Part shown: one piece after another, positions 7,384 through 14,272 of the stretch | How positions within the stretch are numbered: position 1 is the stretch's first letter | Layout: every line of letters starts with the position of its first letter | Origin: Myxococcota bacterium | GTDB lineage: Bacteria > Myxococcota > XYA12-FULL-58-9 > JABJBS01 | DNA length: 14,272 nt | Reading direction: 5' to 3' | Assembly: GCA_036339465.1 (NCBI GenBank) | Contig: JAYZAY010000034.1 | Location: 1 to 14,272 of the forward strand | Notes under the pieces: model-generated | Told to the model about the DNA's origin: nothing | The model's input: only the letters and a program-made list of their open reading frames with translations | Database searches by the model: none | Position numbers and translations under genes: made by a program

Positions 7384-8499
7384 ATGAGCAGTCAAAAGAG
7401 CATACAAGAACGCCTTTTAATGGAGGAGCATTTTTACGACCTTCTAGCACAACTACCTGATATCACAGATCTCTACGCCCCCGACGATCCCACCGAACTG
7501 CAAGAGGTCGTGAGTAAATTAGAGCGCATGGCCGCACTCAAGAATCTGCCGGAACCCGAACAACAACCCACGAGCCACACCAAGCTTGCACCGATCATTC
7601 CCATTCGTCCCATCGAGGAAAACGAACGGCTTTTTGTGGAACAGAATTTCGGTATGGAATTCCCGGTGTGCGTAGCCTCAAAGAAGGATCGTCGCCGATT
7701 GACTTCATTGGAATACAATAATTCCGACGGTGGCAAATACGTCCTCGCACGAGAAGCCAATGGGGCCCTACCCGCGCCGGAGCACAACCCACTGTGGCAA
7801 TGGGCATTGATGAAATTCAGCATCGCCGCTCGGCAAGTGGCCCATATTCCACTATCGACTGCGGTACCCGCCCCGAAAGTAGGCGTGGATGTCCGAGAAC
7901 TGGCCCGACTCCTAGAACGGAGTGCCGGTGGCTCCTTTTATGACTTCGTAGATGATGCCTTCAAGTCATTTGCCGGTATTACGGTCACCGCCACCAATGT
8001 GGTCTACGATGCAAAAACAAAACGACGCCGGAAAAGCATCGGCAAAATGCACCTCATCGAATACCAAAGTTGGCGAGAAGAAGCAGACGAATTGGAAGGT
8101 GAGCAGTTGGCCTACTATGAGCCCGTGGCCAGCCTATCTTGGATTCAGCCGAGTAACTTTCTTTGGGAAAATATCCGAGCGAACTTCGTCTTGCCCATTA
8201 CGAGTATTCGCGAATTGGCTCAAATGAGTTATGTAGCCCAGCGCTTAACCGCATGGTTGAAAAAACATGGGCAAACGCAACCCCGGGATGGATGGTTTGC
8301 GACCACGCTACTTAAGAAGATCCCACTCAAGCTCCGTAGCTACGATATTAAATCCAAACTACGCAAACCCCATTCTGAACTCATGGCCCTGAGTGTTTTA
8401 CTTTCGGAGCCTGAATATTCAGGGCGCGGTCAGGATATTAAAATCAAATACCATATCAATTCGGCCTTTCTAAAAACTCCCGCCAAAATCGAGGACTGA
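7384..8499 (+). CDS. repA: Plasmid-type replication initiator protein (RPA/TrfA-like winged helix), about 371 aa
   Basis: MEFPVCVASKK...LEY resembles the RPA 'MExPfFsLsK' motif. VGVDVRELARLLERSAGGSFYDFVDDAFKSFAGITV resembles the 'F..y.L....g....G..Y......L.RL..T' winged-helix segment of RPA/TrfA initiators. It lies directly upstream of an iteron array. The start is uncertain (7384 chosen; the ORF is open from 7324). Confidence 0.8.
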   Translation: MSSQKSIQERLLMEEHFYDLLAQLPDITDLYAPDDPTELQEVVSKLERMAALKNLPEPEQQPTSHTKLAPIIPIRPIEENERLFVEQNFGMEFPVCVASKKDRRRLTSLEYNNSDGGKYVLAREANGALPAPEHNPLWQWALMKFSIAARQVAHIPLSTAVPAPKVGVDVRELARLLERSAGGSFYDFVDDAFKSFAGITVTATNVVYDAKTKRRRKSIGKMHLIEYQSWREEADELEGEQLAYYEPVASLSWIQPSNFLWENIRANFVLPITSIRELAQMSYVAQRLTAWLKKHGQTQPRDGWFATTLLKKIPLKLRSYDIKSKLRKPHSELMALSVLLSEPEYSGRGQDIKIKYHINSAFLKTPAKIED

Positions 8500-8530
8500 A
8501 ATCATCACTTGCCCTAATCACTCGATCGCA

Positions 8531-9160
8531 CGTCGGATGGGGGGTGGTTTATCCGCGTCGGATGGGGGGTGGTTTATCCGCGTCGGATGGGGGGTGGTTT
8601 ATCCGCGTCGGATGAGGGGTGGTTTGGCCGCGTCGGATGAGGGGTGGTTTGGCCGCGTCGGATGAAAGGTGGAAACACGTCGGAGCAAGGGCTAACCCAC
8701 GTCAGATAGGCGCTCGCCTATGAGCGTTCCCGAGAAGGGTGGTTTAGCCGCGTCGGATGAGGGGTGGTTTGGCCGCGTCGGATGAAAGGTGGAAACACGT
8801 CGGATGAGGGGTGGTTTGGCCGCGTCGGATGAAAGGTGGAAACACGTCAGATGAAGGGTGGTTGACTCATTCTCGAAAACCATGGATATGCGTCGGATGA
8901 GGGGTGGTTTGGCCGCGTCGGATGAAAGGTGGAAACACGTCGGATGAGGGGTGGTTTATCCGCGTCGGATGAAAGGTGGAAACACGTCGGATGAGGGGTT
9001 ATTTGCCCCATCCATCAACCATGGCTTACACGCCGTCGGAGCAGAGATGGTTTCCTACCTTCACGGGATCCATCCACGCCCGAACGCCAGATAAGCACGG
9101 GTTGGCCAGTCGATTTCTCAAAACCACACTTATCGCGTCGGATGAAGGGTGGTTTATCCG
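8531..9160 (+). repeat. Iteron array: 25-bp type A and 22-bp type B direct repeats sharing the core CGTCGGATG
   Basis: Type A CGTCGGATGRRGGGTGGTTT(AT/GG)CCG at 8531, 8556, 8581, 8606, 8631, 8751, 8798, 8891, 8938, 9136. Type B CGTCGGATGAAAGGTGGAAACA at 8656, 8776, 8823, 8916, 8963. Degenerate copies at 8678, 8700, 8845, 8985, 9034, 9085. Confidence 0.92.
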
Positions 9161-9257
9161 CCCAATTGAACCGTAGAATCGCGTCAGAAGCAGAATCATT
9201 CATCCGCCAGCCATCCATAGCCATGGGAAACGCACCAAACCAAAACCACTCAATCCA

Positions 9258-9382
9258 CGCCACATAGGGGGGCATTCTCCGCCAGATGAGCGGTGGTCAC
9301 GCGTCAGTTAACGGGTGATTCCACGTCAGATAAGCGGTGCAAGCGCGCCACTTGAAGGGTAGAATCATGTCATTTGAGGGGT
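9258..9382 (+). repeat. Six origin-proximal iterons phased at exactly 22 bp
   Basis: CGCCACATAGGGGGG (9258), CGCCAGATGAGCGGT (9280), CGTCAGTTAACGGGT (9302), CGTCAGATAAGCGGT (9324), CGCCACTTGAAGGGT (9346), TGTCATTTGAGGGGT (9368). Confidence 0.85.
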
Positions 9383-9406
9383 GGTTATATAAGTAAAAAT
9401 ACCCAG

Positions 9407-9419
9407 CAAGTCCCTTATA
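9407..9419 (-). promoter_or_regulatory. IHF-like binding site
   Basis: Minus strand TATAAGGGACTTG has one mismatch to WATCARNNNNTTR and lies between the iterons and the AT-rich repeats. Confidence 0.4.
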
Positions 9420-9509
9420 TTACAGAGTTTCTTCATACTTTCTCCCCCCCTTAAAGACTCTAAAAGACTTCCTAAAACTATATAAAAAGACCTCGGGTCC
9501 CTTTAGGGC

Positions 9510-9518
9510 TGTGGAAAC
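9510..9518 (-). promoter_or_regulatory. DnaA-box-like site
   Basis: Minus strand GTTTCCACA has one mismatch to TTWTNCACA and is adjacent to the AT-rich region. Confidence 0.35.
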
Positions 9519-9987
9519 CACCCCCAAAGGCGCCCGAGCCAAAACCAATCCAAAACTCCCTCGCCACCAATCGCAGCACTATCAATCCCCTCGAAAATCC
9601 AACCTTCGACTCAGGCGCTTCTCAAACCGAATCCTAAATCATTTCAAACCCCCTCCAAATACGTCACAACCACTTCCTAGAGCTTGTAACAGACGGGATA
9701 AGTAACCCTATTCCCCATCTTCTCCAAAAGCCCCAGAGAGAAGAGCATAAGCAATCCTAATCCCCACAAAAAAAGTAACACCCACACTAAACTTCTTATG
9801 TCGAAGCTTAACAGCCCTCTCACCGGATTTGCGATTCTAAACTTTCTCCCATTGACGATGCATAATTCAGTCACATAGCGGTTGAGAATGGTCACGAGGG
9901 TAAATTGGTATCTAATTCCAACTTCCATTGTTCAGACAACAATCTCTTTGGACACATACCGCGTTAGCTGAAATGGAAAGCGACTTG

Positions 9988-10494
9988 TTAGGATGATTGC
10001 TGTAGAAAAGATTCCAGTAGGCTTTTGACCTCGTCTTTTTCACTTGGTGATAGCTCGCGAACTTTGATGAACAAGTCGGTGAGTGTATGATCAATGGTTT
10101 TACTGCTCTTCTTTTTGACGATGTCGGTTTTTACAAATTTAAAAAAAGATTTCGCATTAATCGGCTTAAAAAGCCTGTACTGTGAGGTGGTGGTTACTCC
10201 ATCACTGCTTATTTCATTTAAATTATTGTCCGTACACATTAGAAAGACTTTTGTGTTTTCCATGCGCTCGGGATACTCGGTACGCAATTTTTCAATCAAG
10301 ATCCTACCGTTCATAATAGGCATATGGATATCAACGACCATGTGACTTATTTCCTTATTTTCAGAATAAATCTTGTAGGCTTCTTTTCCGTTGGTGGCTT
10401 CTAATAACTCCAAGTTGGCCTCTTCGAGGATCGCGCGGTCTTTTCTAAAGCTACTTCTCACTTCCTCTTGGTCGTCTACGATCAATACTTTCAT
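9988..10494 (-). CDS. Response regulator (receiver domain with a short C-terminal helical extension), about 168 aa
   Basis: MKVLIVDD acidic pocket, VVDIHMP phospho-Asp, CTD and FKP motifs. AGAGGA RBS. Lies about 30 bp downstream of the kinase on the same strand. Alternative start at 10500. Confidence 0.9.
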   Translation of the reverse strand: MKVLIVDDQEEVRSSFRKDRAILEEANLELLEATNGKEAYKIYSENKEISHMVVDIHMPIMNGRILIEKLRTEYPERMENTKVFLMCTDNNLNEISSDGVTTTSQYRLFKPINAKSFFKFVKTDIVKKKSSKTIDHTLTDLFIKVRELSPSEKDEVKSLLESFLQQSS

Positions 10495-10527
10495 AGGCAT
10501 TTCCTCTGTTGGCCAGGCTTATGGTTT

Positions 10528-12981
10528 TTATGCCGTTTTTTGGTTTTCAATGGGTACTTCAAAAACGAACTTAAAAGGCCGAAATGAGGCGTTGCGTGCC
10601 GCGTTCATGAGATGTATTTGGGCCGAACCGTCATTTTGTTCAATGAAGGATTTCACTGCATTCATGCCGACACCTCGACCAGAAATATCGGTGACAGTTA
10701 GAGCTGTTGATACCCCAGACTCAAAAATGATGTTGGCCAAGTCGATATCGTTCTCGATTTTTTTCGAAACACCGAGATCTTTGGCCTTAATGCGGAGCAT
10801 ATCCATGTTCAAGCCCCGCCCATCATCGTAGATGGTAAAAATAAGCTTTTTTTCTGTTTCTTCGGTATCCACCACAATGGTACCTTCGACGCATTTTCCG
10901 CTTTCTATACGTTCTTTTATAGTTTCTAGTCCGTGGTTCATGGAATTTCTAAAAACATGATTGAATACATTTTGTAGCAGGGGACTTATGGTTTGTGGCA
11001 CGAGCAAGGAAGGAGAGTTCATAACTACATTGGGTATGGGTTTTGCAAGTTCTTCGGCCACGGCCTCGATGCTCTGAATGGGTGTCTTGAGAACATCTTC
11101 TAGCTTTATACTGGTGAGTTGCTTCGTTATTTTATGAAGTTTCTGACCGATATGAAGAGAGGTTTTGGTGCCGTTGATTGCGAGTTCGGCAATCTGATTG
11201 AGTTGTTTCACCATTGCTTCATCAATGGCGCGCTTTTCCGCGTTTCCACTGGAAAGCGTGCTGAGTTGGTCTTGGTATATCTTTTCGTATTCCTGAATCG
11301 CGACTTCCACTTTCTCAAGTCGATTTAACAACATCTGGGGGTCCCAAGGAGCTTTGGGGTTGTCCCTTAGATTCACCAGGGAGGCCTCAGATTCATCGAC
11401 GAGATCATTGAAAGTGCTCAAGCCGTGGTTTTGCGCATTGCTCTTAACGGTGTACATGTTCCGAACGATTTCAATGATGATCTCATGTTCTTTGCTGGTG
11501 CTTTTTTCCAGGAGTTGTCGGTTTCGTTCGAAAAATGCATGGGATGTCTGCATGAATAATTGAAAATCTTCTAGGGGAACGGCCAATATTTGACCGATGA
11601 TTTCAAGTTTTCTTGCTTGTTCGTTGGTGGCTTTCTGGAGTGCCCTCAGTTCGGTTACATCATGAAGGGTCACCATTATTTTTTCGCAGTTCAAATTATC
11701 GTAGCTGATTAGATTCCAATCAACTTCAAGAACTTTTTTGTTCCCATTGGGCATGGTTTTTTGGAGCTCCCGTGGGAAGAGGTGGGCGCTATGTTCCATG
11801 TTGACTTTGAGCTGATCTAGGGAGGCGGCTAAAGCGACCAAAGCTTCGTGTTCGACGTTTGCTTCGAGGTCGGTGTTTTTAAAGAGCAAGTCTTTGACTG
11901 AGCGACCAGCAATTGCTTGGTGTTCTAGGATGGCTTCGAGAGAGCGGGAATATTGAGAGTCAACCACCATACCCGGCAATACGGTAAAAAAACCTGCTTT
12001 CATATTTTGGCGTAAGCTCTTGATATCGTAATTTTTTTCGTTGAGTTTAGCGGTTTGTTTGTCGAGCCTTTGTTGAAGGACTTGGTTGAGCATTGTGAGT
12101 GCATGATGGCTACTTGTAAGATCGGCGTTTTTCTTATGGAGGTTGGCGTACGATGCGGCACGAGTGGTGACCATTTTATTGAACGTCTTTTCTAGGTTTT
12201 CGATTTCATCCCCGCTTCCGACTTTAACTTGGACTTCGTTATCACCCGACGAAAAATCATCGGCAGCTTGGCTTAGCGCGCCAAGGCGTTTGGTAATGCG
12301 CGTGAACTGACGGTGTGTATTCAAAAAGCCGACAAAAATGGCGATCATGGCAACACCGACTAGGCCTATAATACTTTTTGTCTTTGAGTCCTCAGCTGCC
12401 AGTCTTGCAGCTTGTAACTCTCTTTCAATGGGGGCTTTGGATAGACCATAGCGAATGGAACCTACGTCTTTTTTGTCTTCATTGAAAATGTGCGCGACGA
12501 ATTCAAATACTTCGTCTGATCCCACCGCCCAATTTCTCGTTGGTTGCCCATTTATCTCGGATGCGATGATTTCTTTTGTGATGCCTAAGTTGTTAACCAT
12601 TGTTTTCTGGGTAATCTTTTCATGTGCTCCTCCAGGGATATGTTCGATGGCTAGGGCATTTAAATTAGCATCGAGAACGACCCCGTAAACAATGTCCTGG
12701 TCTTCGAGAACGGTTCGGGTGACTACCTCTTTTATGTCAGCATATGCGTTGTCTTTGATTAAACCTTTGAGCCCCATTGATTGGTTTTCAACGATCACTT
12801 TTCCTTTTTCTAAAATGCGATTCCGAATGTTCTTTTCGACTATCGACAAATTTGCATTTGCGGAATCACTCTGTATTTTAAGAGCGATACCAAGCATCAA
12901 TAACGAGGCTATTGTGAGGCTTCCCATGGTTGTTTGGGTTAGCTTGGCGAGAAGACTTTTCTTTCGCTGAGGTGATGCCAT
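10528..12981 (-). CDS. Membrane-bound CheA-like sensor kinase (TM-periplasmic-TM-HAMP-coiled coil-PAS-like-Hpt-HATPase_c), 817 aa, with a degenerate Hpt
   Basis: The ATG at 12981 follows GGGGAG (MASPQRKK). Two hydrophobic segments, HAMP GDEIENLEKTFNKM, Hpt-like RNMYTVKSNA, and CheA-type boxes HVFRNSMNHG, DDGRG, IFESGVST, ISGRGVGM. No CheW domain. Confidence 0.88.
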   Translation of the reverse strand: MASPQRKKSLLAKLTQTTMGSLTIASLLMLGIALKIQSDSANANLSIVEKNIRNRILEKGKVIVENQSMGLKGLIKDNAYADIKEVVTRTVLEDQDIVYGVVLDANLNALAIEHIPGGAHEKITQKTMVNNLGITKEIIASEINGQPTRNWAVGSDEVFEFVAHIFNEDKKDVGSIRYGLSKAPIERELQAARLAAEDSKTKSIIGLVGVAMIAIFVGFLNTHRQFTRITKRLGALSQAADDFSSGDNEVQVKVGSGDEIENLEKTFNKMVTTRAASYANLHKKNADLTSSHHALTMLNQVLQQRLDKQTAKLNEKNYDIKSLRQNMKAGFFTVLPGMVVDSQYSRSLEAILEHQAIAGRSVKDLLFKNTDLEANVEHEALVALAASLDQLKVNMEHSAHLFPRELQKTMPNGNKKVLEVDWNLISYDNLNCEKIMVTLHDVTELRALQKATNEQARKLEIIGQILAVPLEDFQLFMQTSHAFFERNRQLLEKSTSKEHEIIIEIVRNMYTVKSNAQNHGLSTFNDLVDESEASLVNLRDNPKAPWDPQMLLNRLEKVEVAIQEYEKIYQDQLSTLSSGNAEKRAIDEAMVKQLNQIAELAINGTKTSLHIGQKLHKITKQLTSIKLEDVLKTPIQSIEAVAEELAKPIPNVVMNSPSLLVPQTISPLLQNVFNHVFRNSMNHGLETIKERIESGKCVEGTIVVDTEETEKKLIFTIYDDGRGLNMDMLRIKAKDLGVSKKIENDIDLANIIFESGVSTALTVTDISGRGVGMNAVKSFIEQNDGSAQIHLMNAARNASFRPFKFVFEVPIENQKTA

Positions 12982-13689
12982 TTTGGCTCCCCGAAGCACA
13001 ATTTTATTAGGGTTACATCGATAGTAGGCCAAATGGGAAGCGATTTGCAAGCCTAGACCAAGCTTTGATTGCTCAGGTAGGTTTATGCCTACCCGTGTCA
13101 GTTGACGAAGTTGCAAAGGCAAAAAGGCTAACTCTCAGGGCATTGGACGCGCAAGAAGAACGCCGCGTTTTTGTGGTTGTTTTGGTTACATGGTTTTGAC
13201 CTTTTCCGAGCATGGAGACAGGGCTGATTGCCTTGGATGATTGTTACTCAGATTTGGCATTGTCCATGCGCGGAGACCTAGACGAAGTTTTGGGATTTCT
13301 TGGGAACCGGTGCAGTGGGTTCCACCAAAGCCAGTCTTGTTTAGGATTTGGCGCAGAAGTTTCTGAGACTGACGTAACCGTGGACGTTGGTCAATCACTG
13401 CTAAACTAAAGACTTCATTTCCATCGTCTTAGCCGAAGCCAATTCGGCAGTGAGGGCTAGTGGCTACCATTTTTGTTGTGGAACTTCTCTTTAAGGGTAT
13501 GGGAAAAGGATGGCTAAATTGTGTCCTTCTCGGATGAGAAGAGGTCAAGATGTTTTGCATTTCTTCGCTTAGAGAGTGGGGCCTAGGGTAGGCTCTCTTT
13601 TTATCGAAACCCGTATTTAGTGTTTCTATAAACCCGCATATCTTTGCTAGACTGAATCATGGTCACTGGGGTCTTTTTGGGAGTTGCTC

Positions 13690-14272
13690 ATGGATCAAAA
13701 AATTCTTTGCGTTGATGATTCCAGGCATATTCGACAATTAGTGACCAGATTACTTAAGTCGGAGTTTGAAGTCTTTGAAGCTAAAGATGGTGAGGAAGCA
13801 CTAGGGTTTTTGGAGGGTTTTATCTTTGACGTGATCGTTACCGATCTCAATATGCCAAATATGGATGGTTTGACGTTCTTGTCGAAAATGCGCCAGCTCA
13901 GCATTAAGACGCCCACTCTTGTTTTTTCTGGAGAGTCTAATCCGAAGGTGATTCGAGAAAGTTTGAGGCTTGGGGCGGATGACTTTATTGCCAAGCCCTG
14001 TGATTTGGAATTGTTAAAGCAAAAAATCATCTTTGTGGCGAAGCAAAAGTGTATTGAGATTCAGGAAGGTCATGGCGAATTAGAAATCAGGGACCCTCCG
14101 AACAAGCCGATGTTGTTAGATGAAAATGCCACCGTTATGGCGGAGTCCTCAGGGATTGCTCCTGCCCCAGCCTTGGTTGGTGCACCTAAACAAGTGCTCC
14201 CAGAGGAAGGATCGGAAAAGTCACAAAAGAAAAAAACAGCGGTTCAAATTTCGGACCCTTTTGGATTCTTTT
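13690..14272 (+). CDS. Response regulator (receiver domain plus low-complexity tail); 3' end outside the window; absent from the ORF track
   Basis: GGGAG RBS, then ATG at 13690: MDQKILCVDDSRHIRQLV...DVIVTDLNMPNMDGL...VFSG...LGADDFIAKP, a canonical receiver. The frame is open to the window end (...SDPFGFF). Confidence 0.92.
   Translation, partial: MDQKILCVDDSRHIRQLVTRLLKSEFEVFEAKDGEEALGFLEGFIFDVIVTDLNMPNMDGLTFLSKMRQLSIKTPTLVFSGESNPKVIRESLRLGADDFIAKPCDLELLKQKIIFVAKQKCIEIQEGHGELEIRDPPNKPMLLDENATVMAESSGIAPAPALVGAPKQVLPEEGSEKSQKKKTAVQISDPFGFF

Larger units (their letters stand above)
5250..9540 (+). mobile_element. Plasmid-type replicon module: centromere candidate, parA, RHH-like partner, rep, iterons, oriV (chromid, megaplasmid or integrated replicon)
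   Basis: Co-oriented parA/partner/rep genes are followed immediately by an iteron array and an AT-rich region. Confidence 0.8.
9383..9540. other. oriV core: AT-rich DNA-unwinding element followed by a GC-rich imperfect hairpin
   Basis: AT-rich stretch directly after the phased iterons, with repeated AAAGAC/TAAAA units (9451-9491). Imperfect inverted repeat CTCGGG..CCTTT.GGG..GTGG-AAA-CCAC.CCC.AAAGG..CCCGAG (9492-9538). Confidence 0.7.

Noticed and set aside
8531..9160. CRISPR array
   Set aside because: The repeats are mostly head-to-tail with no regular unique spacers, are non-palindromic, and no cas genes are present. The position after a rep gene fits iterons.
8692..9928. Short ORFs across the iteron/origin region
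   Set aside because: Their translations simply mirror the DNA repeats or the skewed composition.
12982..13122. 47-aa N-terminal extension of the kinase given in the ORF track
   Set aside because: It uses a TTG start without an RBS. The ATG at 12981 has a GGGGAG RBS and gives a normal basic N-terminus before TM1.
13105..13170. c-di-GMP-I (GEMM) riboswitch suggested by GGCAAA...GGACGC
   Set aside because: There is no paired stem with a GAAA tetraloop between the motifs and no GCAAAGCC/P3 stem.
13255..13270. Sigma54 promoter-like TGGCAT-N5-ATGCG
   Set aside because: GG/GC spacing is correct, but there are three mismatches and it lies about 420 bp from the next credible start. It cannot be distinguished from chance.
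13212..13409. 65-aa ORF on the + strand
   Set aside because: No clear RBS or recognisable motif. It could be real but is unsupported.

Overview
Bacterial DNA centred on what appears to be a complete plasmid-type (iteron) replication and partition locus. It comprises a type Ib parA, a small ribbon-helix-helix-like partner, and a divergent RPA/TrfA-like replication initiator. Downstream lie about 15 near-perfect and several degenerate iterons, six iterons phased at exactly 22 bp that resemble IncP-1/RK2 iterons, and an AT-rich unwinding region with IHF-like and DnaA-box-like sites. A ~700-bp pyrimidine-rich non-coding tract upstream of parA is a centromere candidate. Spot counts show GC skew flipping from C-rich to G-rich just downstream of this origin regardless of gene orientation, which suggests the working origin of a large replicon (chromid or megaplasmid) rather than a silent relic. 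Left flank: a 5'-truncated Streptomyces-type phospholipase D with a QNAE tandem repeat, a hypothetical lipoprotein, and a collagen-stalked choice-of-anchor I (alkaline-phosphatase-like) protein. Right flank (lower GC): a membrane CheA-like Hpt/HATPase kinase whose phospho-His appears replaced by Tyr, and two response regulators, one missing from the ORF track because it runs off the window. Family assignments rest on remembered motifs; no searches were run.
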